A DNA stretch of 64,000 nucleotides from NCBI GenBank assembly GCA_013178315.1, contig JABLWX010000002.1, positions 232 to 64,231 on the forward strand, given 5' to 3'. Made by a program: the position numbers and the translations under genes. Source of the DNA: Candidatus Aminicenantes bacterium. Lineage in GTDB: Bacteria; Acidobacteriota; Aminicenantia; Aminicenantales; Saccharicenantaceae. The notes beneath the pieces are model-generated. The model was given only the letters and a program-made list of their open reading frames with translations. It was not told the DNA's origin and ran no database searches. Shown here piece by piece: positions 9,605-19,091 of this stretch. How positions within the stretch are numbered: position 1 is the stretch's first letter; each line of letters starts with the position of its first letter.

Positions 9605-10076
9605 CTTGCCTCCTGATTAATTAAATTTTCTCGTAGAGAGAAAAAAAGCTCATTCACCCGCAGACGAAAATTTTGATTCACCGGATTTTCTGGAGTACGA
9701 AGTCGAGGTACTGGTCATTTCGAAGAGAACGGCGCCTAAAAAAGCATAATCAGAGATAACCATTAACGGGTGATCCCCTTCCTTCAATTCTGAGAATACA
9801 ATTTAGCCTGGCAACCTGTCAAGATATAAAAATTATTTCTGAAATAAGGGGGTATGGAGCGAAGTTTAGTTAAGCGGAAAAAAGCAGGCTTAAAATAAAA
9901 ATGTTTGCGCTCGTATCTCGCCTGCTCCCTGTCTCCGACCCGAGTGAACCCTGCTTTACGGCGCTAAATTTTTCTATGATCCCGGGCAAGATGTTTTTAC
10001 ATTTTCTGGCATTCTACAGCCCTGGCCGATAGACGGGTAGTGAAAAATCTGTGAACTATGGGACTGTCGGGAATTG

Positions 10077-12497
10077 TTACCTGAAAGCTGGCTCCACCAC
10101 CCCGGATTCCTGTTGCCAGTAGGGCAACCAGAGCAGCCCGGCCCAGCGGATGGCCAGATCCTTTTTCTTGGGCCTCAGGGCCAGGGTCTGAAGCTGTTCT
10201 CTTTCCGGGTCGTAGAGACTGGCGATGGCGTCGGCCTCTCGCTGGAGCTGTTTTTCCATTTCTTCCAGCCTGGCCCTGGCCAGTTCTAACTGCTCCTGGG
10301 CCCTCTTTATATCCATTTTTTCGTAATAGGCCCGGCTGGCGCTGCGGGCGGTGGTGGTGGCCCGACCGACCTGGTAGGACTTGCGGCCGAGTATGGCCCC
10401 GAAAATGGTGGCTCCCATGGAAATGGCACTCTGGGCCACCTTTTCCTTGTACTGGGCTTCCTCTTTTTGCAGGCGCTGCTGGGCGGTAAGGTATTGCCTC
10501 TCCAGGGTGGCAATCTTGCTGGCATATTTCTGGCGCAGGCGGGCCACCGCTTCGTCGCGTTTTTCCCTGGCTAACTGGCCGAGCCGGAGACGGAAATCGC
10601 GTTCCGATTCTCCCGGCCTGGATATGGCCTGGAAGGTGACACTCTTCCAGAGCGTTAGCTGGTAACTCCTGGTCAGGTAGTCGAGGTAATCATTTTCGGC
10701 TGATTTCAGCAGGGAGAGACCGCGGGAGGGCAGGGATTCGAAGGCGGCTCCGCTCCGCGGTGTTCTTTCCAGTTCTTCCAGCCGGGCAGACAACGGGCTG
10801 GCTTCGTCCCAGAGCAGGCCGGCCACCTCTCCGCCTAATTCGAAATAATGGCCGGTGTCGGAAACCTGGGAAAGACCGAGCCGATTATCATAAATGGCCA
10901 CCTGCCCGATGACGGCCACGGAGGGTCGATAAATCAAGCTGGCTGAGCTGGCCGGTTGGGTCCGGACCGGCATGAACAGCTCGTTTATTTCCGGGGGCAG
11001 CGAGGGTTTAATCCGGCTGAGATCGGCCGCAGGGCTGGAGATTTTCTTCTGAGAAGGGGTGGTTGAGACTGGGGTCTCCGGTACAGCCGGGCTCTTTCTG
11101 GACTGCATAATGGTCATAATCTGTTGTCTGGTCATCGGGCCACGAAGATAGGACAGGGCCCACCTGGTGTTCAGCAGGACCGGCTTGTCCTCGTGGACGT
11201 TGTGCATGAGAAAGACCCTCTTTTTCAGGCTGCTTATCTGTTCCGAGACCTTTTTCAGGTCAATGTTGCCGGCCACTCCGGCCAGGCCCTCCATCAGTCG
11301 GTCCTTGTCGCGCTCTGTTTGCAGCCGGCCGATAAACCAGGTGCCGGCGTTGGCCAGGCCTTTATAATCCAGGTCGACCGGGTTCTGGGTGGTGAGCACC
11401 AGCCCCAGGCCAAAGGCCCGGGCCTGCTTGAGCAGGGTCAGCAGCGGTCGCTTGGACGGAGGTTCACTGATGGGAGGAAAGAAACCGAAGATTTCATCCA
11501 TGTAGAACAGGGCCCGGAGAGACGAGGTCCCCGGTTGCTGGCGGACCCAGCCCAGGAGCTGGTTCAGCAGAATGGTCACGAAGAACATCCTCTGGGCCTC
11601 GGAAAGATGGGCGATGGAAATGATGCTGAGCCTGGGCTTGCCGGATGGGCTGTAGAGGAGGGAGTTGATGTCAAGCGGTTCCCCGCTCAGCCAGAGGTCA
11701 AAACCGGGCGCGGCCAGCAGGTTGTTTAGCATCATGGCCAGCTTGAAGCGGTCCTGGGCGGGGAAGAAGGAATCGAGGTCGAAAACGCCGATGCGCTTGA
11801 GGGGCGGGTTCTGAATCTGCTGGATGAGGGTGGGTACGTCCAGGTCCTGGGCGCTGTTCCAGGCGGTGCTTAAGAGGTTGGAAAGAAGGATATGCTCCCG
11901 GCTTTGCAGTGGGTCGGCCTGGATTCCGAGAAGTCCCAGAAGACCCGAAACGGTGGTTGAGACTTTCTCGCTCAGCAGCTCCACGTCTTCCCGGAGTGCC
12001 GGCGGCGGGGCTTCAAATGATTTGAGGATAGAGAGTGGTAGTCCGGCATTGCTTCCTGGAGTGTAGATGGTAATGTCGGCGGTCTCCAGCAGCTTTTTAA
12101 TTCTGGAGGCGTCCTGGTCCCAATCGGCCAGGCCCTTCTTCCAGAGCTCGGCCTGCTGGCGGGCGTAGTCTTCCGGTGACAGGCCTTTCTGGGCGGCCTC
12201 GTCTTCATTTATCCAGGGGCGGAAATCTTCTGGCCTGAGTTCTGGAAAGAGCAGCATCAGGTTGGGTAAGTCGCCCTTGGGGTCGACGATGATGGCCGGG
12301 ATACCGTCTATTCCGGCCTCTTCCAGCAGGCTGACACACAGTCCGGTCTTGCCGCTTCCGGTCATGCCGACGCAGACGGCGTGGGTGACCAGGTCTTTGG
12401 AGTCATAAAGAACGTAGTCTGGCTTCAGGGCCATGGTCTCCGGGTCCACTTCCTTGCCGAGATAGAAAAGACCCAGCTTTTCATAGATGGGATTCAT
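10077..12497 (-). CDS. P-loop NTPase of the HerA/FtsK superfamily, DUF853 (YjgR)-like core, with a ~300-aa coiled-coil C-terminal extension
   Basis: Walker A 'VGMTGSGKTG' near the N-terminus, followed by 'IIVDPKGDL'. Walker B-like 'LFYMDEIF' and 'LVLTTQNPVDLD' are present. The C-terminus is rich in heptad-like E/K/Q/R segments. Confidence 0.7.
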   Translation of the reverse strand: MNPIYEKLGLFYLGKEVDPETMALKPDYVLYDSKDLVTHAVCVGMTGSGKTGLCVSLLEEAGIDGIPAIIVDPKGDLPNLMLLFPELRPEDFRPWINEDEAAQKGLSPEDYARQQAELWKKGLADWDQDASRIKKLLETADITIYTPGSNAGLPLSILKSFEAPPPALREDVELLSEKVSTTVSGLLGLLGIQADPLQSREHILLSNLLSTAWNSAQDLDVPTLIQQIQNPPLKRIGVFDLDSFFPAQDRFKLAMMLNNLLAAPGFDLWLSGEPLDINSLLYSPSGKPRLSIISIAHLSEAQRMFFVTILLNQLLGWVRQQPGTSSLRALFYMDEIFGFFPPISEPPSKRPLLTLLKQARAFGLGLVLTTQNPVDLDYKGLANAGTWFIGRLQTERDKDRLMEGLAGVAGNIDLKKVSEQISSLKKRVFLMHNVHEDKPVLLNTRWALSYLRGPMTRQQIMTIMQSRKSPAVPETPVSTTPSQKKISSPAADLSRIKPSLPPEINELFMPVRTQPASSASLIYRPSVAVIGQVAIYDNRLGLSQVSDTGHYFELGGEVAGLLWDEASPLSARLEELERTPRSGAAFESLPSRGLSLLKSAENDYLDYLTRSYQLTLWKSVTFQAISRPGESERDFRLRLGQLAREKRDEAVARLRQKYASKIATLERQYLTAQQRLQKEEAQYKEKVAQSAISMGATIFGAILGRKSYQVGRATTTARSASRAYYEKMDIKRAQEQLELARARLEEMEKQLQREADAIASLYDPEREQLQTLALRPKKKDLAIRWAGLLWLPYWQQESGVVEPAFR

Positions 12498-12868
12498 GGG
12501 ACAACTCCTTCCTGAGGGTTATCTTCAAATTTTTCCTGCCTGAACTGATTATAAATCATTTTAACCCGGAAGGTCACACGGCTTTTATTAAATCCCAAGG
12601 CATAGAAAAATCCGTGCCGGAAGGTGTTAGGTGGTGCCGATTTCCATAATTTTATCCTTGAATCACCGCCAGATACCATAATAATTCACCCGAAAAGGGG
12701 GTATTCAATTAGCCCCGTAAATCGTCCCGAAGGGTCATGACGGGCTTCTACCCTGTATTTAGAATACAGACCTGATAGAAGGCATAGAAGGCAAAACCAT
12801 TAAGAACTGAGGAGCTGGAATAATGGTCACGGCTTCTTGCCGGCGAGGCCTTGATTTAAGGGCCGGGG

Positions 12869-14863
12869 ATGGGAAGAACTATGAGTACTGAGTCTGTCGG
12901 GGAACTTGGCTCAGCCAGAACGTGCCAACAGGTAGGTGCCGAGGGCGAGAGGCGCCTTCTGGATTTCTTAAAAATTCTGCGCCTCACTTTCAAAATGGCC
13001 TCCATTTACAACCAGGATCATCCCACCTTTAAGAGAACCGTTGATGAACTCCTGGCCAGCCTGGAAAAGGTCTTTCAGATTGCCAGTCCTTTGGTCATCG
13101 GCTTCAGCCCCAATTCTCTGTTAATCGGGGAGCAGTTTCTCGGAAGCGATAAGACCACCGCCGAGCTGGCCCGGCTTTTTCATTTAAGGAAGATAAAGCG
13201 GCTGGAGATTTATCACGGCCTCCAGGCCCAGGAGCTCCTTCGCTTTGTTTCTCGCCTGACCCGGCCCATCCAGGAATTCATCCGCCAGGGCGGGGTGCAG
13301 GCCATGCTCAGGCAGGAAAACTTTCCCCACCTCAAACTGGAAGTCCTCGATTATTCCCAGCTTCTCCAGGGAGAGGGCGAAGAGATTAAGGATATCTGGC
13401 CCTACCTCCTCATGGAGGCCGTGGCCGAAAATGACACTAACAAGATGGACCAGCTGGCCGGGACTTTTGAGAAGGTGGTGGGTCGGTTCAACACCGAGGA
13501 CCTGGTCCAGAATGAGGAGCTGCACAGAAACCTGATTCATTTCTTCCAACATCTGCGGGATACGGCCGAGGACAAGTACAGCCGCTGCGCCCGGGAACTC
13601 TTGAAATCGCTCATGGCCATACGTAAGATGCCGGCCGAATCCAGGCTCGAAAACCTGAAACAGGTTATCTCCTCGCTGAGCGAACGGGACCTGGCTTCCA
13701 CCCTCTGGGAGGAAGTGATAGGCAACGAAAAGTTTGATGCCATGAGCTTCTCGGTTTTTAACAGGATCATTGACGGGGCCAGGCATAAGAATATTTCCGC
13801 GTCGCTGAAAGAGCTGTTCACCTCCGAGGAGCCGCGAAACAGAAAGCCTGAGGTGGAAAAGAAAATCAAGTCCCTTCTCAGCGGGTCGTCAGGGCAAATG
13901 TTGACCGATATCTACCGCCAGACCCTGGCCAGCCTTTTAACCGAAATATCCTTTGAAAAGCAAATTGCTTTTGACCATCAGCAATTGAAAAGAAACTATC
14001 GCTTTATCCTTTTGAACCTGCTGGCCCAGGAACAGAAGATGGAAGCGGCCCGGTCGCGCCTGGAACGCATTCTGGAGGAATGGGATACCGTAACTGGAGA
14101 GAAAGACCTGGAATTCATGCGTTCCCTGTTGGTCGTGCTCCAGGAAAAAGCCAGCTTTCTGGCCGGCGAACCGAGCTATGAAAAGATCAGCTCCGGTCTT
14201 TCGGCTTATGTCGAGGAGGTCATACTCCAGGGAGTGACCTGCCCCGACCTGGATGATTTGATCGCCGGGTTGCCAGGCAGTATCCTTGAACCTGAAGTTT
14301 ACCTGAGGCGGATATTTGTCGAAAAACAGGTTACCGCCCATATGCTTAAGGCCTACTTTAAGTTTTTCAAGGACAGGCTGCCCGATTTTCTCGAGGCAGT
14401 TGAGCGGAAAGCCGCAGATGCCCTGTTGCTGGAGAAAATCGTGTCAGAAGTCAGGGCCATTAATCTTCTCGTCAGTCTGACTGTTTTGAAAAAGGTATTC
14501 TTGGTTGCCGACCAGAAGGTCAAACTGCAGGTACTCCGGGCCATGCAAGATTTGAGCGAGTTCGATGAGGGTTTTCTTTTTCCCATTCTGAATTCAAAGG
14601 ACCGCCAGCTCAAGGCTGAAGCTCTGGCCCTGTTGATGAGGTATGAGCGAACCCGGCACGTGGCTTTCATCAGGCTTTTTAACCTGCCTTCCCCCTACGG
14701 GATCAGGAATAGGAAGCTTATCCAGCATATTCAGATCGTCGAGGAGAAAGACCTGAGAGAAGCCCGGCCATTCCTGATAAAGCTGGCCCAGAGAAAGGAT
14801 TTCTGGAACCGCCGGGTTCGAGAGGAAGCCAGGCGGGTCCTGGAGAAGTGGGATGAGAGATAA
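12869..14863 (+). CDS. 664-aa alpha-helical protein with an N-terminal DUF3391-like domain ('IYNQDHPTF' motif); no HD domain
   Basis: Its N-terminal ~110 aa align motif-by-motif with the N-terminus of the downstream HD-GYP fragment (IY..DHP.F / LVIGF / ...LTRP vs ...LSRP). It overlaps the next gene by 11 nt. Confidence 0.5.
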   Translation: MGRTMSTESVGELGSARTCQQVGAEGERRLLDFLKILRLTFKMASIYNQDHPTFKRTVDELLASLEKVFQIASPLVIGFSPNSLLIGEQFLGSDKTTAELARLFHLRKIKRLEIYHGLQAQELLRFVSRLTRPIQEFIRQGGVQAMLRQENFPHLKLEVLDYSQLLQGEGEEIKDIWPYLLMEAVAENDTNKMDQLAGTFEKVVGRFNTEDLVQNEELHRNLIHFFQHLRDTAEDKYSRCARELLKSLMAIRKMPAESRLENLKQVISSLSERDLASTLWEEVIGNEKFDAMSFSVFNRIIDGARHKNISASLKELFTSEEPRNRKPEVEKKIKSLLSGSSGQMLTDIYRQTLASLLTEISFEKQIAFDHQQLKRNYRFILLNLLAQEQKMEAARSRLERILEEWDTVTGEKDLEFMRSLLVVLQEKASFLAGEPSYEKISSGLSAYVEEVILQGVTCPDLDDLIAGLPGSILEPEVYLRRIFVEKQVTAHMLKAYFKFFKDRLPDFLEAVERKAADALLLEKIVSEVRAINLLVSLTVLKKVFLVADQKVKLQVLRAMQDLSEFDEGFLFPILNSKDRQLKAEALALLMRYERTRHVAFIRLFNLPSPYGIRNRKLIQHIQIVEEKDLREARPFLIKLAQRKDFWNRRVREEARRVLEKWDER

Positions 14864-15391
14864 GGTCAAGCTCTGTTTCCTCCTGCTGATGAACGCCATC
14901 CAGGCCGGGAAAATTTATTCAGAAGACCATCCGAAATTCAGGGAATTCATCGACCGGCTCTTTGCCAGCCTGCGGGAGCTGCTCGAGCATCGCCAGGAGC
15001 TTATCCTGGGTGTCGTCAGCGGCGAGCTGGCCTGGGAAGAGGAGATCTTTTTTGAACTGAGCCAGAAACTGCGGACCCTGGTCGGTTTTCTGGAGGAAAA
15101 CAGGATCGAAAGAATCGTATTCTCACAGGGCCTGCAGCTGGAGGAACTACGGAAGTTCATCGTTCTGCTGTCCCGGCCCAGGAGGTCCACCCAGGCGGAC
15201 GAGAAAGAATTACTCTCCCTGGAGGGTTTCCAGAACATCCGGGCTGGCCGCCTGAGGGCCATGGTCCGGAACGGGGACTCGGCCTGGGAATCTGATGAAC
15301 TGAGGAAGAAATACCTGGGTTCGGTCAAGGCTGTTTCCCAGTCCTTGAACCTCGTGCTCGAGGAACAGGAAGTGGATGGTCATTGGTTGAC
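14853..15391 (+). pseudogene. HD-GYP phosphodiesterase, N-terminal (DUF3391-like) part, truncated by an IS insertion
   Basis: Contains 'IYSEDHPKF'. The frame runs into the IS at 15392 and reads IS sequence until a stop at 15437. Confidence 0.55.
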
Positions 15392-16473
15392 ACATAGTAT
15401 CCAGGTAGGGGGAAGAGTATTGGGTAGAGGTCGGTAAGCTTTTCCAGCTGGACTACTGGAAAGATGGCCACCAGATTTGAGATCTTTCTCTCCATCCTGA
15501 GTTTCCTGAACGGCGTCATGCTTAGAGTCGAGTGATGCCGTATGGTATTATACATAAACTGCCATCTTAAAGCCCGGAAGTAAAACTCTTTAAGGTCCTG
15601 GCAGCGCTCTATCTGCGGGATGTAGAACTCATTATCATCGGTCTGATGCGACCGCTCTACGAAGGCCTGATATTCCTTCTTTCCCTTGGGTATATGCAGC
15701 AGCTCTGCCTTGAGGGGAGCGAACACTTTCTTGTTCAGGTACTCTAACTTAGGCACCGATTTACCCCCAAACTCCTCTCCGTTATCGGTCTGAAGGGTTA
15801 TCTTATGCTCTATCCCAAAGCTTCTAAGAAAGTAGATAATCATCAGCATGAACATCAACCCGTTGGTAAAGGTCTTCTCGTAGGAGTAGGAGAGGAACCT
15901 CAACCGGGTCTTGACATCTATGGCTGTCCACTGATAGGGAGGGATGTTTAGTCTCTTGGCCCAGCGCAGTGTTTCTTCCGAAAGGGTGGTGGCATCATAG
16001 ATCTCTTTCAGGTCTACCTGAAAGTGCTGTAACGGATAGAGTGATTCAAAATCATAGAAGCGACACCGGCGCCGGTAGCGGGAACGTTTATACTTAGGGC
16101 TTACTCCATAACGGCGGAGCAAATAGCGGACGGTTGAGGGTTTTACCTCTATCCCTTTTTCCCGAAGTATCCTGGCTATCCGGTCTCGGCCGTAGCCGGT
16201 CTTCTTTCTCTCGGCCACTATCATCGCCTCCACCGCCGAGGAGGTCTTACGCGGAGACCGATTAGGACGCCGAGAGAGATTTTCCAAGCCTTTTTCCCCT
16301 CTCTCCTTCCACCTCCCCAACACCTTCCGCACTGTCTTCCGGGTGGTCCGGAACACCCTGGCTACCTCAGACACATTCTCCGTCTGCTCATAGGCCCTGA
16401 TAATCGCCCGTCGGGCAATGATAACTGAGCCCTTGCCAAGTTCCCGGTAACTGGGGTATATATTCCTTGTCAT
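15325..16473 (-). CDS. IS481-family DDE transposase/integrase
   Basis: N-terminal HTH, 'QVDLKEI', and the 'TDNGEEF' DDE integrase core. The ORF's C-terminus reads through the IS end (the IR encodes 'PGYYV') into flanking DNA. Confidence 0.8.
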   Translation of the reverse strand: MTRNIYPSYRELGKGSVIIARRAIIRAYEQTENVSEVARVFRTTRKTVRKVLGRWKERGEKGLENLSRRPNRSPRKTSSAVEAMIVAERKKTGYGRDRIARILREKGIEVKPSTVRYLLRRYGVSPKYKRSRYRRRCRFYDFESLYPLQHFQVDLKEIYDATTLSEETLRWAKRLNIPPYQWTAIDVKTRLRFLSYSYEKTFTNGLMFMLMIIYFLRSFGIEHKITLQTDNGEEFGGKSVPKLEYLNKKVFAPLKAELLHIPKGKKEYQAFVERSHQTDDNEFYIPQIERCQDLKEFYFRALRWQFMYNTIRHHSTLSMTPFRKLRMERKISNLVAIFPVVQLEKLTDLYPILFPLPGYYVSTNDHPLPVPRARGSRTGKQP

Positions 16474-16644
16474 TGGGTGGGTTTCCTCCTTTCAATTAAA
16501 AGTTTTAACAAAACTTTTAAGGGAGGAAGCCCCGCTTTTTCAAGTACTAACTTTATAAAAGCCCTGGCTTCTTCAACCCCAATCCCTATGGCCGGAACCC
16601 CACCCCGCCGCTCCCATACAGACCCCTTAGACTGGATACTATGT
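15392..16644 (-). mobile_element. IS481-family insertion sequence (~1.25 kb) with 13-bp terminal inverted repeats ACATAGTATCCAG
   Basis: Left end is 'acatagtatccag' at 15392-15404. The reverse complement of 'ctggatactatgt' at 16632-16644 is identical. It encloses the transposase gene. GC is lower than the flanks. No clear target-site duplication found. Confidence 0.6.
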
Positions 16645-17503
16645 CTTAGCCGGAAAGAAGGATTACCTTGACCTGCGTTTTAATCTCCTCAAGATAATGG
16701 AGGACTTTTTCGGCCGGCACGAAGAGCTCCTCAACCTGGTTTCGGTAAAGGAGCGAGACCTCATCACCTTCGTTCATCTCCTCAATGTTTCCCTGCTGGT
16801 CATGTTTTTTGCCTCCAAGCTGGGATTTTCCAAGGATGATGTCCTGGACCTGGGCATCGCGGCCCTTTACCATGACATCGGAAAGCTGTATATTTCCGAA
16901 AAGATAATAAAGAAGAAGGGGCGGCTGACCGAGGCCGAGTTTCAGCAGATCCAGGCTCATCCCATCATCGGGGCCAGTATCCTGGAGGGATACAAGGATT
17001 CCCTTGGCTACCTGCCCATGGTGGCCGCCTTCGAGCATCACCTCAGGTATGACCTTTCCGGTTATCCCCGGTTGCCCTACACCCGCAAACCGCATCTGGC
17101 TTCCATGATGATTGCCATCTGTGATGTCTATGATGCCCTGGCTCTGAAGCGCTCGTATAAAAAGGATTATCCCCCCGACAAGATTTACGAAGTCATGATG
17201 ATGGATAAGGGTAAGGCCTTTTCTCCCCAGCTGCTGGACAAGTTTTTTCAGTTTATCGGGCTGTGGCCGGTTGGCACCATAGCCGTCCTGAGCGACGGGC
17301 GGGTGGCGGTGGTCCGCCAGGTTAATGAACATGATATAGCCCGGCCGGTGGTGGAAATCATAGAGGGCGAGAGAAGCGGCGAGAGAATAGACCTGAGCAA
17401 CAACGGGGACCTGTCAATTGTTAAGGCCCTCAATCCCCGGGGCCAGGGGAAGAAATACCTCAGGTATCTGCAACTGGCCCGCCCGGCCAATGCACCCTTT
17501 TAA
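16645..17503 (+). pseudogene. HD-GYP domain c-di-GMP phosphodiesterase, C-terminal catalytic part (disrupted gene; intact HD-GYP domain)
   Basis: Motifs 'HDIGKLYI', 'HHLRYDLSGYPRL' (the GYP motif) and 'DVYDAL' are present. The open frame extends upstream to the IS right end at 16645; the track ORF starts at ATG 16697. Confidence 0.7.
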
Positions 17504-17707
17504 TTCCTGTCCTGGATTGGTGGTTGGTCAGTAGTTCCCCGTGTTGAAATCGAGGCTGATAATGAGACGGTCGCGGGTCAAACCCTTCCTGGTAGCCTGA
17601 AGGAATGTCGCCGGCTGGGCATCAATGTAAATCATCAGAGAGAACTGCAATTTAAGATATAGAAACGGAAGGCCCTTCTGAGTGGATCCTCGTTTTCTGC
17701 CCTTTTC

Positions 17708-18010
17708 CTATTTGCCGAATTTCAGATAGGCTTCCAGAGCCTTAAGATAATCCTGGAAAGCAGCCAGACCTTTCTTGGTTATCCGGCAGGTGGTCAGAGG
17801 TTTTTTCCCGCTGAAAGTTTTCTTTATGGAAATGTAACCCGATTCTTCGAGTTTGCTCAGGTTGGCGCTCAGGTTTCCGTCGGTGGTGTCGAGGGCTTCT
17901 TTCAGGTAATTGAAAGTTGCTTCTTCAACAGAGGCCAGGATCGAAAGAATACCCAGGCGAATCCTGGAATGTATGAGCGGGTCAAGGGGTGAAAGTTTTT
18001 CTGGGTTCAT
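17708..18010 (-). CDS. Winged-helix transcriptional regulator (PadR/HTH_34-like)
   Basis: The segment 'IHSRIRLGILSILASVEEATFNYLKEALDTTDGNLSANLSKLEESGYISIKK' is typical of small wHTH repressors. Probable start at ATG 18008-18010, 4 bp after the upstream gene's stop (the track ORF extends to 18049). Confidence 0.6.
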   Translation of the reverse strand: MNPEKLSPLDPLIHSRIRLGILSILASVEEATFNYLKEALDTTDGNLSANLSKLEESGYISIKKTFSGKKPLTTCRITKKGLAAFQDYLKALEAYLKFGK

Positions 18011-18014
18011 GACC

Positions 18015-18602
18015 TTAACTATGTTTCTTGTATTTGGAACGAAGGACAAGGGCTGGCACTATATAACCGAAGATTATGAGCGGGACAAAGAGCAGGGCCC
18101 GGTAGTTCTCATGGATGAAAACCATGCCAAGGGCACCGACCCAGAACAACGCACCGCACCACTTCAGCAGGGCCCATTCAAAGAGACCGCCGAGTGAAAA
18201 AATTAGCACCCCGGCCATAAGGCTCATCAAGACCGGGATCACACCCCAGGGGTAGAGTTTCAGCATCGGCAGGATGAAGCCGGCCAGGATAAAGCCCAGG
18301 GCACAGGCCACGGAGATGGAATAAGCGGCTTTCTGGGCATAGGTCTTGATGCCGGTTTGCCTGTCGATTTTAGGACCATAAATAAGGGAGAAAGCGATAC
18401 CCGCGGCCACGAAGAATACCCAGTTGGGCCATATCCAGGAGAATTTTTTCAGAGCCACCAGAATATACATGCCAATTACCCCAAGGATCGGGACAAATCC
18501 CCAGATGAGAAGAAACATCCAGGACCCTGCGGTTATCTTTCTGGTGCGCTCCACCATCTCCCTGATAAACCTGAGTTCCTGTTCGGGATTTAATTCTTCC
18601 AT
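18015..18602 (-). CDS. Integral membrane protein (hypothetical), co-transcribed with the wHTH regulator
   Basis: Five or six hydrophobic helices. Stop at 18015-18017 is tightly coupled to the regulator start. Confidence 0.55.
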   Translation of the reverse strand: MEELNPEQELRFIREMVERTRKITAGSWMFLLIWGFVPILGVIGMYILVALKKFSWIWPNWVFFVAAGIAFSLIYGPKIDRQTGIKTYAQKAAYSISVACALGFILAGFILPMLKLYPWGVIPVLMSLMAGVLIFSLGGLFEWALLKWCGALFWVGALGMVFIHENYRALLFVPLIIFGYIVPALVLRSKYKKHS

Positions 18603-19037
18603 GTTACCTCCTTTTTTGTATAAATAACTTTAATATATAAAGTAATTTAATAATTAATTATGGCTTTGTCAAGTATTTTCTTAAGGAGGCCGAAAAGAAT
18701 TTGGCAGTTTTGATGCTCTGTCTTGTAGTATGGGGGGGCATGAGTCTGTCTGAGGCTGCGGCCAGATCAAGATCGCCGGTTAATAAAGATACGGGAATGG
18801 TAGCTCTGAAAACGTGGGGGCAATATTAATTGCTGGCCCCGGGTCAGAGAAGTCGGGCAAGAGAGCTTAGCCTGCGAATAATAAATAAAAGTTGATAGCA
18901 GGCCCCGCAAGTGAATGATTCCCCGATCCTTAGAGGCCGTGATTTACCTCTCGGTCTACCAAGATGGAGTGATTGGTTCTTATCCTGAAGATAGACTATA
19001 TGCCCAGGATTATTATTTTTAAGCCGGTTCCTTAGTT

Positions 19038-19083
19038 GAAATACAAAATGAAATAAGAGGGGGAAACAAAAGGTCTCCCCCTC
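19038..19083 (-). terminator. Rho-independent terminator after the PLC-like gene
   Basis: Hairpin GAGGGGGA(19057-19064)/TCCCCCTC(19076-19083), followed on the minus strand by a T-rich tract. Confidence 0.5.
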
Positions 19084-19091
19084 ATGATAGG

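Noticed and set aside
16477-16671. 64-aa ORF at the right end of the IS element.
   Set aside because: It lies within the IS481 terminal region, or is the in-frame upstream extension of the disrupted HD-GYP gene. It is not an independent gene.
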